From Thermodesulfobacterium commune DSM 2178 (GTDB lineage Bacteria > Desulfobacterota > Thermodesulfobacteria > Thermodesulfobacteriales > Thermodesulfobacteriaceae): a stretch of 32,000 bases of DNA. The notes below the pieces were generated by a model, which worked only from the letters and a program-made list of their open reading frames with translations, was not told where the DNA came from and made no database searches. The stretch's first letter is position 1, and each line of letters begins with the position of its first letter. This document shows, one piece after another, positions 24,311-32,000 of this stretch. The translations under genes and the position numbers were made by a program. The stretch lies in assembly GCF_000734015.1 (NCBI RefSeq), contig NZ_CP008796.1, positions 1,530,001-1,562,000 of the forward strand, read 5' to 3'.

Positions 24311-24487
24311 GGTTAACCAAATTTTATGTGAATAGATGAACCAAAAAGTATATTTTCCATCTAAAAATTTAATTTTAAAAACTTCTTTAGAAAAATCAAC
24401 CTGTGGTTTGAAAAAAGAGTTGCTTGACTTAGCTAAAAAAACAGATTAATTTAATTCTAAACTTGAATACTAAAAAAGACCGACATT

Positions 24488-26743
24488 ATGTTTTCTAAAA
24501 CAATCGTAAGTAAAATAATAGCTCTAATAGAAAAATATCATCCATTTACTTTTAATCTGAAATACTTTCAAATAACCATTAGTTTTGTGATGCTTTTTCT
24601 TCTTACCATAGCGTTAATGTTTGGATGGTTTTCTACCAGGAAGATTAGAGAGATTGTGATAGAGGATTTTAACCAGCAGCAACTCATGCTTGCCAAGCAT
24701 GCTGCGAGTCAAATAGAGAATTCTATAGAACTATTAGAAAGAGAACTCACCCTTTTTAGTCTTTCCCCTGCGATTCAGTATTCTGAAAAACCTGCTTTAT
24801 TGAACAGAATGAACATAACTTTTTTAAGTGTAAAGTATGAGGGGGTTAAAGAGATAAAGTTTATCGAGGCTAAGACTGGTAAAATTTATAAAGTTATGGA
24901 GAACCCAAACTATGTTATAGAAAAATGTGATAGCGAAGACAAAAAATTTTTAAAATGGGCAGCCCTTCCTTCAAATAAAGGAGAAATATTATTTAGTGAA
25001 ATAGTAAGATGTCCCAATACTCCCGAAGAAAACCCTCCAAAGCTTATCATGAAAATGGTAACACCGGTATGGCAGGTATCGATAGATGAATCTCACCCTG
25101 TGGCAACCAATTTGTTCTCAGGGGCTTTGGTTTTTACTGTAGACGTGACTTATTTGGTAGGTAAGGTTGCCTTTAACATAAGATCAGGAAAAACAGGATA
25201 TGCATGGGTAATCTCTAACAAAGGCATTTTTCTTTATCATGAAGAAAAGTCTTTTATAGGTCAAAATGCCTTTGAGGCCCGAAAAGGCAAAAAACCAACC
25301 ATAGCTTTTACAAGAATTAACGAAATCCAGAGAGAAAAAATGCTTAAAGGGGAAGAAGGAAAAAGCTGGTATATTTCAGGGTGGCATAGAGGGGTTGAAG
25401 GGGAAATAAAGAAGCTTATTGCGTACGCTCCGATAAGATTAAAAGAAAAACCGGAACCTTTAATCTGGTCTATCGCGGTGGTGGCTCCTATAAGTGAAGT
25501 AGAAGGAGCTATAAAAACCATTCATTTTCAACAACTGATTCTACAAGGAATAGTTATCGTTATCATCTTATCGGTGGGGCTTTTTATAAATTTTATTCTT
25601 GTTACCTGGTCAAACATTCTTGAAAAAGAGGTGGCTAAAAAAACCGCTGAGTTAAGAAAATCAGAAGAAAGATATAGGTCTTTGATAGAAAACGCAGAGG
25701 ATATAATATTTACCGCAAATTTAAAAGGAGAAATCTTATCGATAAATACCTTTGGCAAAAATTTTTTAAACCGTCCTGAATTAGAGATAATTGGGAAAAG
25801 TATAGTAGAGGTTTTTGTCCCAGACGGAGAAATCTTGATGGCGAGTATTAAAAAAATATTTGAAACAGGAGAAAGCCAACAGGTTATTCATAAAATAGTG
25901 GTAGATGATAAAGATTTCTGGTTTAACACCAACTTGAGAGGTTTAAAAGACGAAAAAGGTAATATATATTCTGTGTTAGGTATTTCACGAAACATTACCG
26001 AACGCCGAAAGCTGGAAGAGCAAAGTTATTATACAGAAAAGTTGGCAGCCTTAGGGACTCTGGCTGCAGGTGTAGCTCATGAAATCAACAATCCTATTGC
26101 CATAATTCTCGGATTTACAGATATTTTACTTGAAAAAGTACCGCAGGGATCTCAAGAATACGAAATTTTAAAAATTATAGAAAAACACGCAACAGATACT
26201 AAAAGAATCGTAGAAAACTTGTTAGGTTTTGTTAGACATAAAGAACATCAAGAACAACTGGTTAATATTAATGAATGTGTAGACACAGTGCTTGAGATTA
26301 TGAAAAACATGTTTGTTATAAATAACATTGAGGTTAGAAAATTTTTACAGGAAAATATATCGTTTGTAAAGGTAGATCCTGGTGAAATACAGCAGGTTTT
26401 GTTTAACATCATCAATAATGCTATATATGTGATGAAAGGTGGGGGAATACTTACAGTTTCTACTAAAGATGACGGAGAGTGGGTTGAAATTAGCATCTCT
26501 GATACTGGTTGTGGGATTCCTAAAGAATATAGGCATAGGATTTTTGACCCCTTTTTTACCACAAAAGAAGTGGGAAAGGGGACTGGACTTGGGTTATGGG
26601 TGTCGTATAATATAGTGAAAAAATATAATGGAATAATTACCTTTGTAACAAAAACAAAAGAAGAGTCTGAACAAACGGGCACAACTTTTATAGTAAAGTT
26701 ACCGGTGGCAAAAGATCAAACAAGGGGGACAAAGAATGCCTGA
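24488..26743 (+). CDS. Sensor histidine kinase: TM - periplasmic Cache-like domain - TM - PAS - HisKA - HATPase_c
   Basis: There are two hydrophobic segments (aa about 30-50 and 350-375). The PAS region is RYRSLIENAEDIIFTANLKGEILSIN. The H-box is AAGVAHEINNPIA. The N/G boxes are NIINNAIYV, DTGCGIP and GTGLGLW. Confidence 0.9.
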   Translation: MFSKTIVSKIIALIEKYHPFTFNLKYFQITISFVMLFLLTIALMFGWFSTRKIREIVIEDFNQQQLMLAKHAASQIENSIELLERELTLFSLSPAIQYSEKPALLNRMNITFLSVKYEGVKEIKFIEAKTGKIYKVMENPNYVIEKCDSEDKKFLKWAALPSNKGEILFSEIVRCPNTPEENPPKLIMKMVTPVWQVSIDESHPVATNLFSGALVFTVDVTYLVGKVAFNIRSGKTGYAWVISNKGIFLYHEEKSFIGQNAFEARKGKKPTIAFTRINEIQREKMLKGEEGKSWYISGWHRGVEGEIKKLIAYAPIRLKEKPEPLIWSIAVVAPISEVEGAIKTIHFQQLILQGIVIVIILSVGLFINFILVTWSNILEKEVAKKTAELRKSEERYRSLIENAEDIIFTANLKGEILSINTFGKNFLNRPELEIIGKSIVEVFVPDGEILMASIKKIFETGESQQVIHKIVVDDKDFWFNTNLRGLKDEKGNIYSVLGISRNITERRKLEEQSYYTEKLAALGTLAAGVAHEINNPIAIILGFTDILLEKVPQGSQEYEILKIIEKHATDTKRIVENLLGFVRHKEHQEQLVNINECVDTVLEIMKNMFVINNIEVRKFLQENISFVKVDPGEIQQVLFNIINNAIYVMKGGGILTVSTKDDGEWVEISISDTGCGIPKEYRHRIFDPFFTTKEVGKGTGLGLWVSYNIVKKYNGIITFVTKTKEESEQTGTTFIVKLPVAKDQTRGTKNA

Positions 26744-27155
26744 GAAGATTTTAATCGTTGATGATGAACCAGATATGCTTAAGCTTTTATCCATGATTTT
26801 AAAAGAAAAAACACCTTATGAAATTACTGTAACCAACAATCCAGTGGAAGCGGTTGAACTGGTAAGAACAGGGGAGTTTGACGTTGTCATCACCGACCTT
26901 AAAATGCCAGGACTTGATGGTCTACAACTTCTTGAAGAAGTAAAAAAGAAAGATGAAGATATTCCGGTAATCATAATCACCGCATATGGAACGATCGATG
27001 CTGCTACAGAAGCACTTAAAATAGGGGCATTTGATTTTATAACAAAACCGTTTAAAAAAGAGCAAATCTTGTTTACCATTGAGAAAGCCTTAAAATGGCA
27101 AAAAGTCCAAAGAGAAAATAAGATGCTAAAAGAAAAACTAAAATCCCAAACCTAA
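26736..27155 (+). CDS. Stand-alone response-regulator receiver (NtrC-class REC plus linker helix, no output domain)
   Basis: ILIVDDEPDM, VVITDLKMPGLDG and ITAYGTIDAATEALKIGAFDFITKPF match the receiver fold. It overlaps the kinase stop by 8 nt. A GGGGGA RBS is present. Confidence 0.9.
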   Translation: MPEKILIVDDEPDMLKLLSMILKEKTPYEITVTNNPVEAVELVRTGEFDVVITDLKMPGLDGLQLLEEVKKKDEDIPVIIITAYGTIDAATEALKIGAFDFITKPFKKEQILFTIEKALKWQKVQRENKMLKEKLKSQT

Positions 27156-29713
27156 TCTATTAGTTCTTTTATATATTTTGTTCTAAACTCCTCCAAGTAC
27201 ATCTGGGTTATGGCATCGTTAAAAAGTACCATATCAAGTTGTTTAGTAAAAGCAGTTAATTTGCCTAAGATTTCAAGAGTTTTTTCAATTGTAGGACTAT
27301 CATATTTAAACAACACGGCATCTATTACATCTTCTTTTACATTTACCCTAAATCTCAAATCTTTTAGGATTTCGGTTATCAATTTTACCCTTCGCAACCT
27401 TCTATCAAGGGCCGCTCCTCCTCCTTTAAAGAAAAATTTCACATAGTTATCGTTTATGTTTTCACTAACATAGGCCTCGATCATGGAAAAATGGTATCCA
27501 AGCCGAATACTAAAATTCATGTAGTTTTGGGTTACCACACAAAAACTTTTTTTCCCGGTTTCTTGAAGCTCCTCTTCTGGGATGGTTGCTGTATGAGCTA
27601 TCATCCCAAGAAAGCCCTTAGCATCCACAGGAGGAGGTTCAGGCCATTTCATAGATCGCATTCCCTTAAGAATAGCCTTGAAGGGAATAGAAAGAATATC
27701 TTCTGGTGTAGCTTTTTTAATTCCTTCTTTTAATCCTTCTCCTATATCAAGTACTAAAATTCCTACCGGTATATCTGCTAAAAGAGGAACAGCATGTATG
27801 TCGCTGTCTTGATATCTATCCCAAAGGGTAAACATTTCATGCATAACCATTTCATGACAGAACCTGGTTATATCATGGAGGGTTTTACAGTTTTCGGCTT
27901 TAAAATCTTCGCTCGTAGGGTCGACTAAATAGAGCGGGACAATCAGTTTAAGAACTCTCTCAAGGGTTTTAAATGTTAAAGTTTCTTGAAAAGGATCTTT
28001 TTTAGTTTTACCATAAGCCTCAATAAGTTCTTGAACTTTCCCTTCGTAAATTACACCATTTATAGCATCTACTGTGTTTTCTTGGCCGTGTTTAATTACC
28101 TTTGTGGCTATTTCTGTGTTTAATAGCGTAGGAACTTTGTATTCCCTTGAAAGAGAGGCCATATGTCCAGTAGGACTTCCAACATCGGTTACTATAGCAG
28201 CAGCTTTATTCATAACCACTACATACTTAGGATTTGTGTGTTTTGCAACCAGGATATATCCTTCAGGAAATTGGTTTAATTCCTCTTCTGAATTCAAAAC
28301 AAAGGCTTTTCCATATCCAACACCTTTACAAGCAATCAATCCTTTTTCAACAAGAACTTTGGCCCCTTTTATTCTGGTAGGTAGGTATACTTTGGTTTCT
28401 TCTTTTTTCTCTAAGGTTCTTAGCTGGCGTGTTTGGAGTATAAAAATATTTCCTTCCTCATCGATAGCCCATTCGATATCCTGAGGGCTTCCATAATATT
28501 CTTCGATTTTTATCGCTATTTTTAACAACTCAAATATCTCTTCCTCGTTTAAAGAAGTTGAAGAAATGCTAGAAGGTAGAGGTATTTCTTCTATCCCACC
28601 TGTTTCTTTACAAATAAGCATTTTAGGCTGTTTTCCTGGAAGTTTTTCAAGGATGCTTCCTTTTCTGTTTACGATGTAGGTTTCAGGAGTTACACTACCA
28701 TCAACCACTAATTTCCCTAATCCTCTTACTGCGGTTATTATTATGCTATCAGCCTCCGGATTGTTAGGATTGCGTGTATATATTACCCCACCAGATCGAG
28801 CGTTTACCATAGAAAGGACTCCAACTGCCATAACCATATCTGTTTCTGAAAATCCTTTGGTTTTATAGTAAAAAATAGCTCTTGGATTAAAAAGACTTGC
28901 GATAACTTTTTTATAATAGTAAGGAATACTTTCTCCAGAGACGTTTAAAAAAGAGGAATATTGTCCTGCAAAACTAAATTCAGAATCTTCAAAAATTGCA
29001 CTGCTTCTTACGGAAACCATACATCTGCGGTTGAGTTTTTTACATAGATGTTCATAAGAGGATTGTATAGAGTTAAAAATTTCTTCAGGTATGTTTGAAT
29101 TTATGATCAATTCTTGAATTTGTTGACTTCCTTTGTTTAGGCTCTCTATTTTGTTAATCTCAATGTTTTGAAGGATCTCAAAAATTTTTTCTTTAAGTTG
29201 CGTTTTTTCTATAAATTTCAAAAAGGCATAAGAAGTAATAACAAATCCTTCAGGAGTAGATATGTTAAGGATATTCTTAAGTTCTGCAAGATGAGTTATT
29301 TTACCACCTGCAACCAACAATGAATCTTTATCGATAGCTTCAAGGGGAAGGGTAAACTCAGTTTCTGGGATTTCGATTTTTGAAGTTAAAATTTTTTCTA
29401 TTTTTTGTTTGATTTCGTGAAAAACGTTTTCTAATGTTGTAAACTTCCTTTCAGAAAGGGCTTTTAAATTTTTAATTATTTCATTTACTGAGTCTAAGAT
29501 TTCTTTTACGCTATGTTGGATATAATGCATGTCGAAAAGATATTCTCCAGAGAGTTTTTCCTCCATGTCCGCCATGATGGTTAGGGCTCGATTGTTTTCT
29601 TCAAGGACTTTTTGAAAAAAAACATACTTTTCATATAAAATTTTTTTCAATCTTGCTTTTTCTTCCTCTTTCTTAGAATTGGAAAGCCCAAACCAATCTA
29701 ATATTTTTTTCAT
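27152..29713 (-). CDS. PEP-utilising-enzyme family protein: PPDK_N ATP-grasp + swivelling phospho-His domain + non-canonical C-terminal domain
   Basis: 853 aa. VRSSAIFEDSEFSFAGQYSSFLNV and QDIEWAIDEEGNIFILQTRQ are PpsA/PPDK N-domain signatures. AAAIVTDVGSPTGHMASLSREYKVPTL is the mobile His domain (His517). The C-terminal 280 aa or so lack the PEP/pyruvate TIM-barrel motifs I know. A GGAGGT RBS is present. Confidence 0.8.
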   Translation of the reverse strand: MKKILDWFGLSNSKKEEEKARLKKILYEKYVFFQKVLEENNRALTIMADMEEKLSGEYLFDMHYIQHSVKEILDSVNEIIKNLKALSERKFTTLENVFHEIKQKIEKILTSKIEIPETEFTLPLEAIDKDSLLVAGGKITHLAELKNILNISTPEGFVITSYAFLKFIEKTQLKEKIFEILQNIEINKIESLNKGSQQIQELIINSNIPEEIFNSIQSSYEHLCKKLNRRCMVSVRSSAIFEDSEFSFAGQYSSFLNVSGESIPYYYKKVIASLFNPRAIFYYKTKGFSETDMVMAVGVLSMVNARSGGVIYTRNPNNPEADSIIITAVRGLGKLVVDGSVTPETYIVNRKGSILEKLPGKQPKMLICKETGGIEEIPLPSSISSTSLNEEEIFELLKIAIKIEEYYGSPQDIEWAIDEEGNIFILQTRQLRTLEKKEETKVYLPTRIKGAKVLVEKGLIACKGVGYGKAFVLNSEEELNQFPEGYILVAKHTNPKYVVVMNKAAAIVTDVGSPTGHMASLSREYKVPTLLNTEIATKVIKHGQENTVDAINGVIYEGKVQELIEAYGKTKKDPFQETLTFKTLERVLKLIVPLYLVDPTSEDFKAENCKTLHDITRFCHEMVMHEMFTLWDRYQDSDIHAVPLLADIPVGILVLDIGEGLKEGIKKATPEDILSIPFKAILKGMRSMKWPEPPPVDAKGFLGMIAHTATIPEEELQETGKKSFCVVTQNYMNFSIRLGYHFSMIEAYVSENINDNYVKFFFKGGGAALDRRLRRVKLITEILKDLRFRVNVKEDVIDAVLFKYDSPTIEKTLEILGKLTAFTKQLDMVLFNDAITQMYLEEFRTKYIKELID

Positions 29714-29851
29714 GATACCTCCGAATTTTAAATTCTACACTAAACAAAATAAACAATATTTGAATTTTTACAATATACCTTAGTATTTTAGTGCTCAATC
29801 TTTTAATTTTTAAATATATTTAAAAAATTAAAAAATTTGTCCTTCACCCTA

Positions 29852-29879
29852 TTGACAAAAACATATTTTTATATATAAT
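29852..29879 (+). promoter_or_regulatory. Near-consensus sigma-70 promoter for the GntR-CBS-DASS operon
   Basis: TTGACA at 29852-29857, a 16-nt spacer, and TATAAT at 29874-29879. It lies 75 bp upstream of the ATG at 29954. Confidence 0.55.
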
Positions 29880-29893
29880 TTAAACATTGTAAT

Positions 29894-29927
29894 GTTATAA
29901 CTTTGTTTTGTTATATTATTATAACAA
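29894..29927. promoter_or_regulatory. Candidate GntR-type operators (palindromes sharing the half-site GTTATA)
   Basis: GTTATAAC at 29894-29901 is a GT-N4-AC palindrome. TTGTTATA-ttat-TATAACAA at 29908-29927 has perfect 8-bp arms. Both lie just downstream of the -10 box. Confidence 0.4.
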
Positions 29928-29953
29928 ATTGAATAAAAGGAAAGAGAAGGTTT

Positions 29954-30691
29954 ATGGTTGAGTTGATTAGTAGAGAGGAGCATGAAAAGCTTTATTTGCA
30001 AATATTTGAAATTTTAAAGAGAAAGATCGAAGGTGGAGAGTGGAAACCTGGGTCTAAGATTCCTACTGAGGAACAACTTTGTAAAATGTTTAATGTAAGT
30101 AGGGTAACGGTAAGAAATGCTGTCTTAGAGCTTGTAAGGCATGGGTATTTGATAAGGAAACAAGGTAAGGGTACATTCGTAAGAAAAAATCTGGTTTTAG
30201 AAGGCTTGACCATGTCGACGTTTCTCAAAACTCTTTGGGTTGAAGATGAAAGCATCTTAAGTAAAAAAGTTATTGCCAAAACTGTTGTTATGCCAATTGA
30301 TGGCTTGCACGAAGAACTTGAGATTCCTGAGAATAAGCATGTGATATATGTTAAAGTTCTCTGGGAAAGCGAACAAGGACCTTCTATTCTTCAAGAATCT
30401 TTTGTACCTTTTAGCATATGTCCACAACTTCTTGAGGAGGATATCGAAAATCAATCGATTATCGACCTTTTTGAAAAAAAATATAGTATAAAAATTACAA
30501 AAGTATATACTTTTTTTGAGGTTTTTTATTTAAATAAAGAGCTGGCTGATCTGCTTCAAACTGCTGAAGGTAGTCCTGTAGTTTTGATGAAGCAAAAGGT
30601 TTTTTCCGGAGATACAGTGGTGCTCTTAACCCATTTTTACAAAAAAAAGGATAGTACCAAATTGTTTTTGCTATTAAGAAGACAAACATAA
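29954..30691 (+). CDS. GntR-family transcriptional regulator, HutC/UTRA subfamily
   Basis: The winged HTH is LPTEEQLCKMFNVSRVTVRNAVLELVRHGYLIRKQGKGTFV. A C-terminal effector domain of UTRA size (about 170 aa) follows. Confidence 0.88.
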   Translation: MVELISREEHEKLYLQIFEILKRKIEGGEWKPGSKIPTEEQLCKMFNVSRVTVRNAVLELVRHGYLIRKQGKGTFVRKNLVLEGLTMSTFLKTLWVEDESILSKKVIAKTVVMPIDGLHEELEIPENKHVIYVKVLWESEQGPSILQESFVPFSICPQLLEEDIENQSIIDLFEKKYSIKITKVYTFFEVFYLNKELADLLQTAEGSPVVLMKQKVFSGDTVVLLTHFYKKKDSTKLFLLLRRQT

Positions 30692-30709
30692 AAAGTTAGG
30701 GGGTGGGTT

Positions 30710-31231
30710 ATGTCATCAGGGAAATTAGTTAAAGATGTGATGTTGGGAATATTCGAGTATCCTCATATTCCCTACTGGTTTACCGTCGAACAGGCTATAA
30801 AAGTTGTTAAAGCCTCTTTTATCCAAACCCAAAAACACACGGATCCGATTACAATTCTTGTTTTTGACGAAAAGTATAATCTTTTGGGAACGGTTACTAT
30901 TAAAGACATCTTAAAAGGAATTGAACCTTCATTTCTTAAGCCTCCTCAAAAGGCGCAGGTTCCAGAAGAAGAACAAATCGGACTTGCTATAGTATGGGAT
31001 AGTTTGTTTACAAAAGAGTCTAAAAAATTGGCTCAAAGGCAGATAAGTGAGATTATGGTTCCTGCTAAATATTTTGTAGAACCATTAGACCCGGTTACTA
31101 AAGCTGCTTATTTGATGATCCATCATGATTTGCCAGTTTTGCCAGTTATTGAAGACAAAAAGAAGTTTGTTGGTATTGTAAGAATAGCTGAAGTTTTTGA
31201 CGCCATATGTGAAGAGATAATCAAAGGATAG
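30710..31231 (+). CDS. CBS-domain pair protein
   Basis: VKDVM ... and ISEIMVPAKYFVEPLDPVTKAAYLMIHHDLPVLPVIEDKKKFVGIVRIAEVF show the tandem CBS pattern. A GGGGGTGGG RBS is present. Confidence 0.8.
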   Translation: MSSGKLVKDVMLGIFEYPHIPYWFTVEQAIKVVKASFIQTQKHTDPITILVFDEKYNLLGTVTIKDILKGIEPSFLKPPQKAQVPEEEQIGLAIVWDSLFTKESKKLAQRQISEIMVPAKYFVEPLDPVTKAAYLMIHHDLPVLPVIEDKKKFVGIVRIAEVFDAICEEIIKG

Positions 31232-31243
31232 GAGGGGAAGGAA

Positions 31244-32000
31244 ATGGCTAAGGAAAAAAGACCAGAGGGGTTGCCTGAACCACCAAAGGAGATTTATGTT
31301 GCCAAGGAAAAAAGAAAGATTAATTGGAAAAGAATTTTTTTTATTTTTCTTGGTTTAGCCTGTTTTTTTGCTGTTTATTTTTCACCTCCATGGCCAGATG
31401 CAGTGGATCCATTAGGAAAACATTTCCCCTTATCTCAACAAGCAAAGGGGGCTATAGGATTATTCCTTATGGCAGGTATTTGGTGGGTTTTTGAGGTTGT
31501 TCCTATAGGGGTTACAAGCATCGCAATAGGAGTTTTCCAGGCTCTATTTGCCATTCGTTCTGCCAAAGATGCTTTTCGTGATTTTATGGATCCTTCTGTT
31601 ATGTTTATCTTTGGTTCTGTGGTTGTCGGGATTGCCTTCACCAAAACAGGACTTACTAAAAGAATTGCTTACAAAATGCTAGAAATAGTAGGTGAAAGAA
31701 CAAGCATGATCCTTTTAGGAGCTCTTGTAGTCACAGCAGCGTTAACCCATTTTATGGCACACACCGCAGCTGCTGCAACAGTTTTTCCGATTTTACTGGC
31801 AATAAATTCTTTATATGGGGAATCTGAAAAACCAACGAAATTTGGAAAAGCCTTGTTCATAGGGATGGCTTATGCTGCTGGAGCGGGAAGTATTGTTACC
31901 TTTTTAGGAGCAGCAAGAGGACCTGCAGCTGCAGGTATGTTTAAAGAGTTTACAGGAAGAGATATAGGATTTTTTGAACTAACTAAGTATATGTTTTTGA
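31244..32000 (+). CDS. DASS-family (SLC13/CitT/2-oxoglutarate-malate translocator-like) anion transporter, 3'-truncated by window edge
   Basis: This ORF is not in the track because it runs off the window. An ATG at 31244 follows AGGAGGGGAAGG. The translation MAKEKRPEG ... AIGLFLMAGIWWVFEVVPIGVTSIAIGVFQALF ... MDPSVMFIFGSVVVGIAFTKTGLTKRIAYKML is typical of a DASS N-terminal half. Confidence 0.75.
   Translation, partial: MAKEKRPEGLPEPPKEIYVAKEKRKINWKRIFFIFLGLACFFAVYFSPPWPDAVDPLGKHFPLSQQAKGAIGLFLMAGIWWVFEVVPIGVTSIAIGVFQALFAIRSAKDAFRDFMDPSVMFIFGSVVVGIAFTKTGLTKRIAYKMLEIVGERTSMILLGALVVTAALTHFMAHTAAAATVFPILLAINSLYGESEKPTKFGKALFIGMAYAAGAGSIVTFLGAARGPAAAGMFKEFTGRDIGFFELTKYMFL

Noticed and set aside
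24404-24424. Sigma-54 promoter candidate TGG...TTGC between the activator and kinase genes
   Set aside because: The GG-to-GC spacing is 17 nt instead of the required 12. Other TGGCAC/TGGCAT occurrences (for example 10693, 15347, 25383) are intragenic and lack a TTGC at the correct distance.
29801-29836. Long AT-only near-palindrome (TTTAAATATATTTAAA core at 29809-29824) as a specific regulatory site
   Set aside because: It is pure A/T low-complexity sequence, where palindromes arise by chance. It may simply be a bent or UP-element-like spacer. It is noted but not called.
5591-31860. Remaining short antisense track ORFs: 5591, 6858, 8328, 10238, 12288, 13433, 15111, 18011, 18786, 21586, 23637, 25261, 25528, 26248, 26345, 26816, 27210, 27491, 28074, 29992, 30257, 30495, 31435, 31669
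   Set aside because: Each lies entirely inside, and opposite to, a longer ORF with clear family motifs. These are typical shadow ORFs of an AT-rich genome.
1-32000. CRISPR arrays, tRNA, rRNA, tmRNA or other canonical RNA genes
   Set aside because: I found no regularly spaced direct repeats. I saw no T-loop (GGTTCGAAT-type) signatures outside coding sequence, and no large untranslated GC-rich block other than the IS110 end.

Overview
AT-rich, tightly packed bacterial chromosome segment. Proteins are Lys/Glu/Ile-rich, and outer-membrane beta-barrels and sigma-54 regulation are present. This suggests a thermophilic diderm such as Thermodesulfobacteriota or Aquificota, but that is inference only. 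All calls rest on motif recognition in the supplied translations and on reading the DNA; no database search was run. About 30 protein genes are supported. The housekeeping genes are ispF, an FKBP PPIase, two CPA2 cation/proton antiporters, queH, a MoaE-like gene, rlmE, sbcD, dapB, an Mrp-like ATPase, DUF364, murI, argD, a B12/radical-SAM gene, moeA and an alginate-export-like OMP. The signalling genes are a PAS sigma-54 activator, a Cache/PAS histidine kinase and a stand-alone receiver. The right end carries an atypical PEP-utilising enzyme and a GntR-CBS-DASS transporter cluster. There are two mobile elements. An intact IS256-family element (464-1801) has a 9-bp target duplication and splits a TPR/beta-barrel OMP gene. 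An IS110-family element (about 15806-17275) has a transposase broken by one in-frame TGA, and its GC-rich, hairpin-rich 5' non-coding end looks like a bridge-RNA locus. The most unusual content is the accessory patch at 2.4-4.7 kb. It holds an orphan CARF + Card1/Can2-like (DUF1887-type) protein whose E-x-K nuclease motif appears replaced. That gene is convergent with, and overlaps by 4 bp, a gene for an unknown 240-aa domain fused to a C-terminal J-domain. No cas genes or CRISPR array occur in the window. Other oddities are an in-frame TAA cutting the last 36 codons (TrkA-C) off a KefC-like antiporter, an sbcD without sbcC, and an NtrC-like system apparently split into separate receiver and PAS-AAA+ proteins. 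A near-consensus promoter with palindromic operators precedes the GntR operon. No tRNA, rRNA or CRISPR array was seen.
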